A stretch of 64,000 bases of DNA from Haliotis rufescens (lineage: Eukaryota): NCBI RefSeq assembly GCF_023055435.1, contig NW_025963824.1:30256001-30320000 (forward strand), in the 5' to 3' direction. Below, in pieces: positions 14,342-26,076 of the stretch; the stretch's first letter is position 1; each line of letters opens with the position of its first letter. The notes beneath the pieces were generated by a model. That model worked only from the letters and a program-made list of their open reading frames with translations. It ran no database searches and was not told where the DNA came from. Position numbers and translations under genes: made by a program.

Positions 14342-14850
14342 GGGGCAAGGGCATTAACTGACTATAAAAGTCCTGTTCCCACCCTTGCTGAACTAATCCA
14401 GGCTTGATTGTAGCGCCAGCAGTGGCTAATAAGAGTTGTGTCCCTTCTGTGTTCCTCCTATTGACCAATCAGATTCCACCTCTCATATCACTTGCATTTG
14501 CTTCAAACAAAATGGCCGCACCCAGTCAAGACGATCTGATTGATGATCAAAATATATGTTGTAATAAAACGGGTCTTACCTTGTGAAGTGCATCAAATCA
14601 TGTGAGCACCTTGATTAAAAACATGAACAAATTTGGAAAATATATGTCGACGCCCAGTTGACAGTACACAACCTTTGCAAATCCTGCAGTCGACTGAGAT
14701 CTGCATGTTGAAATCCACATTGTTTATAAACATGTCTAGTTTGTTACGTGATTTTGATTGGACTATGCATGGACCCGTTTGTCCAGCCAAAATGTAATTC
14801 CGGAATTCATGACTAGTTCGGCAAGGGTCAAATTGGACTTTTATAGTGTC
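14342..14850. mobile_element. MITE with ~50-bp imperfect TIR (ggcaagggcattaactgactataaaagtcc)
   Basis: Left end 14342-14393; degenerate inverted end 14816-14850; interrupts a local repeat; same TIR at 63533-63653. Confidence 0.65.
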
Positions 14851-15017
14851 GGTGAAGAGATGGGTTATTCAGACAGACTGTGTCCAGAGCTTACCATAAG
14901 GGGTGGGTGACTTGGAAAGAATGTGTTCTGAGTTTGTCATGATCATCACTTCAATCCACTGGAAGGATCAGTTCCAACAATGGAGGCAGTCCTTGTGCAT
15001 TGTCTCATAGTTAAGTA

Positions 15018-15343
15018 CCGTATTCGACGTAATAAGCGCCCAGGGCGCTCTCATTATTAGAAATAGGGGGCTGTTATTAGAATATTATTTTGGTGAAGAA
15101 AAAAAAGTTGAAAGATAAATTTCGTGGTTTATGCGGACATCCTGAAATGTTTAAGTGCGACAGATAAATGTTTCCAGAATTTAACTGCCCATAATTAAGG
15201 ATGCATATAAAACACAAGTGCGTATTATACGCGAATAAATAAGTCTTGTGTACATTGATCAATCAGAAGGGGTGCTAATTGAGATTGTTCACAAGCCAAT
15301 ATCTTAGCAAATATTGCGTGGGCGCTTATTACGCCGAATACGG
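15018..15343. mobile_element. Tc1/mariner-pogo-type MITE
   Basis: 24-bp TIR CCGTATTCGACGTAATAAGCGCCC (1 mismatch), TA on both sides. Confidence 0.9.
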
Positions 15344-15721
15344 TATGTCATTCTAGTCCCACAAGCTGAACATAGGACTAAGATTTTTGTAACTTCCATA
15401 CTTAAGAGAATATTGAGACACTTGTAGACAACATTAAAACACATGTACATGAAATCATTATGAAGAACATATAAACAAACCTTAACTAAGGATAGTTATA
15501 GGATACATGATCACACATTCTACACTGTGTGAGATGGACAAACTGTCCGTTTACAAAGGGGCATAACTCTTGTCATCCTTCTTGCATACCACTAATAATA
15601 TAGTAATCTCATAACACCACTTGGAAACTTGGCCCTGTGTTTGTATTTGTTTCACTGCAATAATGACAACAGGTGAAGTCCTGCCATATGTGCTTAAGTG
15701 AGATTATTTCTATATTTGCAG

Positions 15722-15799
15722 GTGCGGACACTCTTCGTCAGCGGACTACCCATGGATGCAAAGCCAAGAGAACTGTACTTGTTGTTCAGGGCATATAAG
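15722..15799 (+). CDS. cpo: couch potato/MEC-8/RBPMS-family protein, exon E2 (start of RRM1; gene 5'-partial)
   Basis: tttgcag|GTG...AAG|gtaacc; 78 nt, phase 0-0; [26 protein letters not shown], the RNP2/helix-1 signature of Cpo/MEC-8/RBPMS. Confidence 0.97.
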
Positions 15800-17551
15800 G
15801 TAACCACAGCGACGGATATGATACACACTCTGTAATGTTCTGTCCCAAAGACAGCCCAGCATGCTCCCAATAGATGACTCCAGGCATTGAGCCCATTGTA
15901 ACGCTCCCTCCCTCCCAGACTTTGTCTCTCTGACGTCCCACGTTATCATCTGTCGGATAGCTCAGTGGATGTAGTCCAAGCCTGTCATGGGAATAGTCCA
16001 TGTTTCATTCCCGATATTGACACTTTCAAGATTGTGTTGTGTGTAAGGCTATATCATCTTCATGTTGTCAGGTTTTTCTTCACCCTTGCCAGGAGGCAGA
16101 GGTCAAAAGACGAAGATGTTTGGGTTAAAAGGAGGTCAACCCTTGAGAAAACATTTCTGTTGGAGTCCTAAATTGTTTCCTGTTTCCTAGATTACCTGGG
16201 TACTTTGAGTGAACTCGTTTCTAGTGTCATGCGTCAACAAAGGCTGAAATATTAGCTGGCACAAAATATCACTCACTCACTGGGGTCTTGTGGAACTGCA
16301 CATCGGTGCTCTTCAGCTGCTCTTTCATCTGATTTCCACATGCATATCAGATTTGAAATATTGTACAGCATCAGCTTCATTGATATTTGTGTTATTTGAT
16401 AGATGACACATTAGTCTTGGAATTGGCGCCATCTCCTGTGGTCGGCGCCGTATTGTCGTCTTTGACAATTCTGTCGTTGGAGATTGCTACACATGAAGGA
16501 TATCACGTTCTGACATTTATGCAGAAGCATATAACGAGTTGGATCTGTCAACGTTACTGCCGCTACCTACAAGGAAATTGTTTAAATAAGACAATAATGA
16601 GATAGAACACACCGTCACATTATCTGGACTGCCCTTGTAGATACAAGTAATTTGACAAATGCACGGATATTTTTGTCCATTTCTACACATGTTGTGTTTA
16701 GAAGTACATATCTTCCTGTGCTCTGTGAACACAGTTGACATCGTATTTCTTCAAATTTTATCGAGGTTCCGAGATATAACTGTCATTGTCTGAAATGTGA
16801 CAACATACACCTGGTCTTGTCATGGCTTTGTGATGATCTATCTGCCGATGTAGCCCACATTGATAAAAAAACATCATGGCAGTTATTCTCTGTGATGGTT
16901 TTGTCAGGTCAGCCAGCCATCAAGATGTTTTCGTGGTAAAGGTATTTAAATGGATTTGCCAGTGACATTTATGGCAACTGTTTGCCATGAATTGGCCAGT
17001 GCGAAACTCGACCTGATCTGAGGGACTCATGGCAGCAAGCGTTCAGCAACGGGTTACCAGTTCAAGCCCATGATCTTTGGCCTCTAAAAGTGGTACCCAA
17101 GTCTGTGTCACATCTACTCTTACATATATCCCCGGCCCTGAAAGTGTTGACCTTCACGCTATCGACCACTGGTTTAGACTTTCATTTCAGGCACAAGTGG
17201 CCCAGTGCTCTAATTTTTGCTGTCTGCCAGCCATGTCTTGCATGGCCAGTGTGTCAATGAGATCAGAACGCCAGACTCTTGGCATGTTACCTGTGTTTTC
17301 ATGACATCTGCACTTCATACACGACTGGCTCTGAAAATATTGACCTTCATGCTATCGACCACTGATATGTCTGATTTGAGCTTTAATTTCTTCATACAAC
17401 TTGAATAATACAATGTAAAGCAACATTGACTCACTCGCCTTACAACTTACCACTTAGCTCACCTGACAAAAACGCTCACCTGAGAGGACATGTTTCCTTC
17501 AGAGGTCAGCTTTCCAATCCTCTCAAAACTGGCAAGACCTCTTTTTCAAAA

Positions 17552-17836
17552 GGGGGCACGTGTGGCCCAGTCGTCTAAGGCGCCGCGATTCGCTGTGCAG
17601 AATTGCGTCCCTTGGGCACGCCAGAAACCTATGATTGTGGGTTCGAATCCCGGTTCGCCCCGATTATGGTTCTAGGTTTGTCAGCACCATACCCGTCCTC
17701 GTGGGTTTCACCGAAGTGGGACATCTGAGACCTGCATCACTTCGGGCTTTCCTCCCACATTAAGCTGACACGCCGCGATATAGCTGGAATACTGTTAAAA
17801 GCGGCGTTAAACCCAACTCACTCACTCACTCACTCA
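17552..17836 (+). mobile_element. SINE family B with 92-bp flanking duplication
   Basis: Box A TGGCCCAGTCGTCTAAGG, box B GGGTTCGAATCCC, (ACTC)n tail; flanks 17458-17549 and 17833-17924 duplicated. Confidence 0.9.
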
Positions 17837-18448
17837 CCTGACAAAAAGGCTCATCTGAGAGGACATGTTTCCTTCATAGGTCAGCTTTCCAATCCTCTCA
17901 AAACTGGCAAGACCTCTTTTTCAACAAGCAAGACATTACAGCGTGATGGAGGGCCTTCCTCAACCTCCCACAGAGGAAATATGCCCAGCAACTTGGCGGT
18001 CCCTCATACCGTATTGATCTTGGGGATGTCTTTCTGACAAGGACCCCAGCCACTTGATAGCAAATTGCTAATACAATGAGAAAAAAGCTGACACGATTTA
18101 ACGCCTGTTCCGCTGGGCCAACCTCAACCTGACCACCAATTTCATTTTGTTTTCACAAAATATAATTCTTATAAAGTGGTTGCCATTGTAGACATAGTTA
18201 CCATGGAAACCTTTGATTGACAGGTGAAGATGAAATGTGGTATTCCCTGGGTATTGTTTCTTGTTTGTTTGATGGTTGAGAGCGTGGTGGCAGTTTTCCC
18301 TCTCGAGTCTGCCCGTGTTGCCGAAGATTTGGTGGAAGCTGTGTGGCATCCTTGTTATAAACAGATTCCGTGTGGGTGACTGAGTTATCAAAATGTCCTT
18401 AGTTCAGTATCCCAAACCTGTTAATGTGTAAGTTGTCCACGGCAATTC

Positions 18449-18618
18449 GGGGGCGGTCGGGTAGCCTGGTGGTTAAAGCATTCGCTGATCATGCCAAAGA
18501 CCCAGGTTCGATTCCTGACATGGGTGCAATGTGTGAAGAATGTGTCCCCCGCCGTGATATTGCTGGAATATTGTTAAAAGTGGCGTAAAACCATACTCAC
18601 TCACTCCCTCACTCACTC
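18449..18618 (+). mobile_element. SINE family A
   Basis: Box A/B, body atgggtgcaatgtgtgaag, tail gctggaatattg...aaaccatactcactc. Confidence 0.85.
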
Positions 18619-18691
18619 CATAAAGTACTGACTGTTGTTAGTTTGTCCTATCACATCACGCCTATTGACCTTAGGAAAAGCCCACATTCCA

Positions 18692-19770
18692 TGATGGGCA
18701 TATACCCAGCCTGTATTCAAAGATGGGCATATTCATAGCCACATTCAAGGATGGCCATAATTATGACTCGCCCTGTATTCAAAGATCGCTGTATTCATCG
18801 CCACAAAGATGGGTGTATACACAGCCAGTATTCAAAGGTGGGCATATACACAGCCAGTATTCAAAGGTGGGCATATACACAGCCAGTATTTAAAGGTGTG
18901 CATATACACTGCCAGTATTCAAAGGTGGGCATATACTCAGCCAATATTCACAGATGGGCGTATTCACAGTCACAAAGATGGGCGTATACCCAGCCTGTAT
19001 TCAAAGCTGGGGGTATACACTGCCAGTATTCAAAGGTGGGCATATACACAGCCAGTATTCACAGATGGGCGTATTCACAGCCACAAAGATGGGCGTATTC
19101 ACAGCCACAAAGATGGGCGTATACTCAGCCAGTATTCAAAGGTGTGCATATACACTGCCAGTATTCAAAGGTTGGCATATACTCAGCCAATTTTCACAGA
19201 TGGGCGTATTCACAGTCACAAAGATGGGCGTATACCCAGCCTGTATTCAAAGCTGGAGGTATACACTGCCAGTATTCAAAGGTGTGCATATACACTGCCA
19301 GTATTCAAAGGTGGGCATATACACGGCCTATATTCACAGATGGGCATATTCACAGTAACAAAGATGGGCGTATACCCAGCCTGTATTCAAAGTTGGGGGG
19401 TATTCACTGCCAGTATTCAAAGATGGGCATATACGCAGCCCATATTCACAGATGGGCGTATTCACAGTCACAAAGATGGGCGTATTCACAGTAACAAAGA
19501 TGGGCGTATTCACAGTCACAAAGATGGGCGTATTCACAGTCACAAAGATGGGCGTATTCACAGTCACAAAGATGGGCGTATACCCAGCCTGTATTCAAAG
19601 TTGGGGGGTATTCACTGCCAGTATTCAAAGATGGGCATATATTCAGACGATATTCACAGATGGGTGTACTCACAGTCACAAAGATGGGTGTATACCCAGC
19701 CTGTATTCAAAGTTGGGGGGTATTCACTGCCAGTATTCGAAGGTGGGCATATACAAAACCAGTATTCACA
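18692..19770. repeat. composite minisatellite (30-bp and 21-bp units)
   Basis: gggcatatacacagccagtattcaaaggt / gatgggcgtattcacagtcacaaa. Confidence 0.9.
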
Positions 19771-21536
19771 AAATAGGGATGAACAAAGCAAGCAGTTGAA
19801 GATGGAGGTATACAAAAGAAGATGATAGAGCATGCTCCTTGTTTGACTGAAAGCTGCTCATCATTTTCATTCATGAAGTTCCCATTAATAGGTCACGTCA
19901 AAGCCATGCCAGCCTTTAAGGACGAAGAATATCACGGGCATATAATAATTGGTCTCTAGCTTCTCATCACCCGTCCTGCAACCAATTATATTTCTGCATT
20001 AACATCCGCACGCTTAAATAGGTCTAGACCAATTTCCGAGTTTATATTTCTTGAAGCATTATTTGACGTCATGATTCTTCATCCAGACTTAGTTCTACCC
20101 AAATCTGGTAACTGGTCACTTGCTTGAAATATATTTCTTGGCTAACTTTCCATGTGAAATGAGATTTTTTTTTACAAGCATTATTTAGATCATTGGTGTT
20201 TGAGTTTGGATGTGGCGCTGGTGAAGAGTGGTTGAACGACTATGTTCACGTATTGCAATTGATCAGTTGTAAGCCCATGAGACTATAACAATCTGCTTGA
20301 CAACATTCTACCGATATAGTTTTGAGACATTTGAGATTGGAATGTGTGTTGCTATGGCGACCATCTTTTTTTGGTTGGATTTTCAAGAGAAATGAAAAAA
20401 AGGTTCACAATTACAGATTTACTTGAGTAGGTTTCTATGAAACGTAAAGGTCACTGGGTTCAGAATTCATTCAGGACTCATAACGTTGACTTCAAAACAT
20501 TTTTGTTTTTGAGACCTTACAAGAAAAAGTTATTGTTGGTTTTAATTTTTTTTTTAATATTTCTAGAAAATGAACATTCTGATATTTTGGCTACACTCAG
20601 CTATTTTGTACAATATGTGGGTGTTATGCTTTAAAACATGCACAAAACTGAAAACCAACCCTCGAATGAAACTGAGTAGTTACAGAGTTGTCTCCCTTTG
20701 TTAACAAGCATTTCAAAATGCTGTGATGGAGGAAAGTGTTCAGTACTCCTCGTTTCACAATGACAAGGACATTTGCATTAACAGAATTTCCATTATTGAT
20801 TATTTACCCCAAAATAATATATACTCAAGAGTGTTGCGAATAAATGTCAATGTAAGTCGACACGAAAAGCTGTTACAGGAAAGTGCATGTCAAGCTTAGA
20901 ATTATCACTGCACTTTACAGTAATGACATTCCTCCATTGGCGATATTTTTCAGTTTTGTATCGAATACAAATTACATGCGAAAGGAAATGGAAGATGGAA
21001 AATTGAAATTGTTGTGTTAAAATGTGGACTGAAAAACTGAGCACTGAGGAGAAGATAAAACGCGATGGGACATAAGGCTGGAGTAGGTCCTCGGTTAAGA
21101 CCTCCCCAGTGTGTCATTACAGAAACCACGACTATTGATCATGCAGCGCTAACAATGTGATGATAATTTTCATATACAATCTGTGGGTTTACGTCTTCCT
21201 TGATAAATTTAATGGGGGATCATTGATCTCGCATATACTGAGGTTTGTATTGACAAGTTAGGCTGCAACGGTTTCTTCAATAACTGTTGTCATTGTGGAG
21301 TCCCTGAGATGCCAGGATCTGCTAATCACGAGTTCGATTCCAACATTCACCCCATTTTGAAATCCCAGTTTGTCACACAATTTGTGTGTCTGTGGTTTTC
21401 ATGAAATTGGTAAATAGTCACACCTCTCACCACAAAGGTATCTCCATCCACATGAAGCTGATGCGCCAAGACCGAACTCATTTAGTGGCAATAAACCCGA
21501 CACTCACTCACTTATTCTAATTATTCTGAAGGTGAA

Positions 21537-21707
21537 GGGGCGGTCGGGTAGCCTAGTGGTTAAAGCGTTCGCTCGTCACGCCGAAGACCCGGTTCGATTC
21601 CCGACATGGGTACAATGTGTGAAGCCCATTACTGATGTCCCCTGCCGTGATATTGCTGGAATATTGCTAAAAGCGGCGTAAAACCATACTCAATCACTCA
21701 CTCACTC
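21537..21707 (+). mobile_element. SINE family A (near intact)
   Basis: Head resembles tRNA-Asp (cgctcGTCacgccgaagaccc-ggttcgattccc); 14-bp TSD TCTGAAGGTGAAGG. Confidence 0.9.
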
Positions 21708-22823
21708 TGAAGGTGAAGGTCATTGATTAGCCCGGGCAGGTCAAACGCCAACTAGTCCATGGTGATATAAGATGGAGAGACGCAGCCTTCTTCCTCATTG
21801 AGAGCACTGGAGTGATTCATCTCGCGTCATAAACACCGCTCTCTGTATATCCCACTGACAATCAGGATTAGCTTTGGGAAACGGCTCATTCTACTTAATT
21901 CTAGTTCTAGTTTACACAGTTTTACGCTCAGCATCGAGTAGTTTTCATCTTGGCGAAGCTGGATAAAATGGGGCAGCGATATATCTCTCCCTTGGGTGCA
22001 CTCCCAGATCCTGGCACACCTGCAGCCAGGATATTCCCGGACCGACGGCCAGGAGGACCAGACGTCTTCCCGGACAGCCAGATGCCCAGTCAGGTGTGAA
22101 CCCCTCACTCCACACGTAACTTGTCTGTGCTTCAAGCATATGCATGAATACTCGCCATAGAGAGTCTTTTTCCATGCCATTGATTTTTGCAGTGCAAATT
22201 TGCCCCGCGGGACTGGAGCATGGCAATTGTGAGAAGCATGGAGCTAAGATAGTGTCTAAGACCTTCGATAATTATTGATTCGTCCCTCCATCTTCCACAA
22301 AAACCTTCTGTCCCCCCCTCCATCCCCTTGCCACAACAAACCTTGAAGCTGGCCTGCTTGATGGACTGGCGATCGTGTGTATTTTTAATGAGCCAAAGTG
22401 GGCCAAAATTTTTCTGACAGTTCATGCCTCGAAGTGCTCTCCGGCAAAGTGTTAGTTTTGTTCAACGAGCAATACCTTGGAGAAAAACTTCCATATCTTC
22501 TTCAACCTGCGTCCCCTGTTGGGATGAGAGGGATAATGATGTGAACGTCCAATGTTTACTTAATATTTTGCAGGGGTTTCCCAGTAGTTGAGTGATGGTA
22601 TCTCCTCCAGATTCATGTCAACATCCGTTTTGTTGGCATACATGATGCCATTTCACCATGTTTGTCTTTGTTTTTACCGTCACTATGACATTTTTTCAAA
22701 CCCCAAATGTCAAATTTTAAATACACAAACACCCACTGATGATAATCATTACAGAAATGGGAAAGTCAGTCAGTGTTATCAAATTTGACTGTGAAGGTAT
22801 CCTTCCTTTTATGGAATGAAGGA

Positions 22824-23197
22824 GGTCTGTGAAGATCCGGGGTAGAATAGGTCTTCAGGAACCCATACATGGTTTTTCCCGGAGAACTAAAAATAAATGA
22901 CAAATGGTGTGCTTCTTCCAGGTTAAACACAAACACTATTGACGTGACTATAAGATGCATTTTATGACAGGGTCGGTGCTATAGAGGTCCGTTATATCTG
23001 ATATAAATAAATGCGACAAAATCTTTCCATAACTGTAAGAGACCTGTGAAGATCCAGGGTAGAATAGGTCTTTATCAACCCATGCTTGCCGTAACAGGCG
23101 ACTATGCTTGTCGTTGTAGGCGACTAACGGGATCGGGTGGTCAGGCTCTTTGACCATTGTTGTTGCATGTCATCGATCCCAATTGCATGGATCGATG
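22824..23197 (+). mobile_element. two family D 5' fragments (22824-22870 and 23041-23197)
   Basis: Same head sequence as the 3095 and 25805 copies. Confidence 0.75.
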
Positions 23198-23699
23198 AAA
23201 TATTTCATGTTGCGAATGGCAGACAGTGTCATTGTTGTCAGGGGACCTGCAACATTTCATGGGCATCCCTGCTGTGGGATTCTGGGTAGAATGTGTACAT
23301 CACTTCCTGTGCAGATGATGCTGTGGGATTCTACAATGGGAGGTCACAACTCTGTCCAACCGACTGGTGTCTTTGTACCCCGGTTCATGCTGACTGTTGC
23401 TCACACTATCGACCACTGGTTTGTGTGTTAGTACTGACCATGTTTAAAGGCTCAGTTAAATGTTTAAGCTTGCATCCACACCACTTTAAATCCTGTGGAA
23501 CCAAACCCCCTCCATTGAAATTGCCGCACTATCGACCACTGGTTTGTGTATCGGTACTGACCCAGTACTGTTAAATGTTTAAGCTTGTATCCACACCTCT
23601 ATAATTCCTGTGGAACCAAACCCCTTCCATTGAAATAGCCGCACTATCGACTGGTTTGTGTATTCCATTGTGTTTGTCATTTGTTGCTGTCATTTTCAG

Positions 23700-23753
23700 G
23701 GATTTGAAAATGGTTTATTAAAAGTTATGGGGAAGCCTGGCAAAAATAACTGT
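23700..23753 (+). CDS. cpo: cpo exon E3a, divergent duplicated (putative mutually exclusive) exon in RRM1
   Basis: cattttcag|GGA...TGT|gtgagt; 54 nt, phase 0-0; GFENGLLKVMGKPGKNNC, 10/18 identical to E3b with no gaps. Confidence 0.88.
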
Positions 23754-23780
23754 GTGAGTATATGAGAAATTCTGTGGATG

Positions 23781-23902
23781 CACACATACTTGGTCACATG
23801 ACATGTCACATGACCTGTCACATGATCACCCAGCTACCAGAGTATTCACTTTCACAGTTGGCTTTCAACACCCCACAGGTCACGCCTTTCATACACCTTC
23901 AC
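23781..23902 (+). promoter_or_regulatory. CAC-motif cluster downstream of E3a (candidate Cpo/RBPMS binding element)
   Basis: 13 CAC trinucleotides in 122 nt, including three GTCACATGA. Confidence 0.6.
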
Positions 23903-24336
23903 ATCGCATAATACGGTATTATTATCCATGTATTAATGTCATATAAATGTTGTCAATAACTTTCAAATAACCACTGGCTTTCTTCGAATGCAGAACATTA
24001 AAAATCAAACTGTCTCCTGTAAATCCATTCATTCTACATCAATGTTTGATGTTTTGCAATCAAAATTTATGTTAATTGTAGTGGTCAAATTGTAAATCAA
24101 TGGGTTTTTTATGTTTTGTTTATATATCACTAATAGAAAGCTAAGTTTCTTGGATTCTATGTAGTGTAATGTTTTTTGTGAAAAACTTTGAAAATGGAAG
24201 ATTGTTACATCACACTAACAGTATGACAGGCATTGCATGAGAATCTAAAATACCAAGTCATGAAAACGACAATACTTTAACAAGAGGGACTTGCACAAAA
24301 GCATCAAAGGCGGTGATTCTCTTGGAGAAGTGAATC

Positions 24337-24520
24337 CACCCAGTGTTGCGTTTTCATCGACACAAATGAGCACAGTCACATGACCAGGTCAGACACCCAC
24401 ATGCTAGAGCCACCGCATGTAGATATATCGACTGCCATGTTGGTACACCTCCCGCCAGTCCAGCAAACGCCATTAACACGTTCATAGCATCAGCCGACTT
24501 GCAGTAGCGTCACGAGGCAC
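24337..24520 (+). promoter_or_regulatory. CAC-motif cluster upstream of E3b
   Basis: 11 CAC in 184 nt, including two GCAC; 3 more CAC inside E3b. Confidence 0.55.
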
Positions 24521-24536
24521 ATTTCTATTCTTGCAG

Positions 24537-24590
24537 GGATATGAAGGGTCACTTCTCAAGGTCACCAACAAAAACGGCAAAAACACATCA
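24537..24590 (+). CDS. cpo: cpo exon E3b, canonical RRM1 beta2/loop exon
   Basis: ttcttgcag|GGA...TCA|gtaagt; 54 nt, phase 0-0; GYEGSLLKVTNKNGKNTS, matching the family GYEGSLLKVT.KNGK motif. Confidence 0.96.
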
Positions 24591-25804
24591 GTAAGTATTC
24601 ACCGTCACTGTGAGTTATCTCCCCTGTAATGCAGACTTTTCAAATTTTGAGGGACATTGGCCGGTAAAATTGCATCAGATGATGATGAAATAGTAATATA
24701 TAAAATATGTTTCTGTGTAGGAAGTTTGAAAGGTCTAGCAAGTGAAGGGAGATCACTCAGGAAGGTTAAATACTAGCAAAGATTGAAACAGATACCTAAA
24801 AAGAATTAATTCTCACGATTCATATATCAGCACGTTATAAGGAATAAAAAAAAAAAATCTAAATCTTTGCTATGTATTTTTTCCTTCCACTATATCACTC
24901 ATATACTGATGTAAAGTAATAAGGGAACACATGTCAGTTAGGAAGCAAATCACATTGCCCGATCCCTTTAGGCAACTCCAGTCACCTCCAGGGCACAATA
25001 CAGCTTGGTAAACATAGCCATTCCCTTATTACTTTTTGTGAGTATATTTGCTCTGTATGAACATTTTGTGTCTTTTGTTATTGTGTCAAGAATGTTGTAA
25101 TCCAGCTGTCAGCCTTTCTTCCAGGTGTCTTTGTTTGAATGTCTAATTTCAATCTGTACATCCTTTGACATGTGATTAAAGATTTCTCAACAAAATGTTC
25201 ATATCTGTCTCTGCATGTTGGTGTTGGTGGGAGGGGGGGGATGTGAATGAAGCTGCCTACAATCACTGCATCACGGTCCGTGCATGGCATGATGAGAGGG
25301 GAGACGATGATAACGCACTGTTAAACTCTCTCGTCTCCTGAGACTAAATTTATAGTTAATATCTGCACATTGAACCATGGTCTACAAACTGTCTCTCATC
25401 AACATTCAGGCCTTCGTATCTGAAATCTGACTTGCAATAGGACCAGGCTTTGTACTATACAGTTTGATGTGGGGGAGTTATCTTTTCCTGACCAATAACC
25501 TCCGTGCAGGTATAACAAGTGTCTGATATAAAGGCCACAGGAACACAGTAGGGTGGCTTATTCCAAATTTCAAAATTTCAAAATCTTATATAAGCAACAA
25601 CTAAACCCCCCTCTCTGGTTGCAAAACCTTTGTTTCCCTTTTCAAAATTCACTAAATGGCCCGGCCGGGCCCGTGTGCGAAATACGCTTCAGTCGGAAAG
25701 CGCACGTAAAATCTCCAATCCCATCCATCCAGTAGGGTGGTGTGTTCTACCATGGAGTGGGTTCACTCACACCCTGTACAGAAGTCGGAAATCAGTAATG
25801 GTGT

Positions 25805-26076
25805 GACCCGTGGAGATCCGGGGTAGAATAGGTCTTCAGCAACCCATGCTTGCTGTAAAAGGCGACTATGCTTGTCGTAAGAGGTGACTAAAAGGATTGG
25901 TGGTCAGGCTCCCTGACTTGGTTGAAGCATGCCATCATATCCCAATTGCGTCGATCGATGTTCATGATGTCAATCACTGAATTATCTGGTTCAGACTCTA
26001 TTTACAGACCTCCGTCACATAGCTGGAATATTGCTGAGTGCAGCGTTACTCAACAAACAAACAAACAAACAAACAA
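25805..26076 (+). mobile_element. family D retroposon, full length
   Basis: Colinear with the 3095 copy; (AAAC)n tail; approximate TSD agtaatg(g/t)tgt. Confidence 0.85.

Noticed and set aside
1-15721. First coding exon or promoter of cpo
   Set aside because: No ATG exon with a phase-0 donor and family-like N-terminus recognised; probably upstream of the window
21537-21610. tRNA-Asp gene
   Set aside because: tRNA-like head runs into a SINE body and tail with a TSD; multiple diverged copies
22574-22591. Third E3-like exon (tttgcag|GGG TTT...)
   Set aside because: Reads GFPSS then stop; no 54-nt donor; similarity limited to GF. A poison exon cannot be excluded without RNA data
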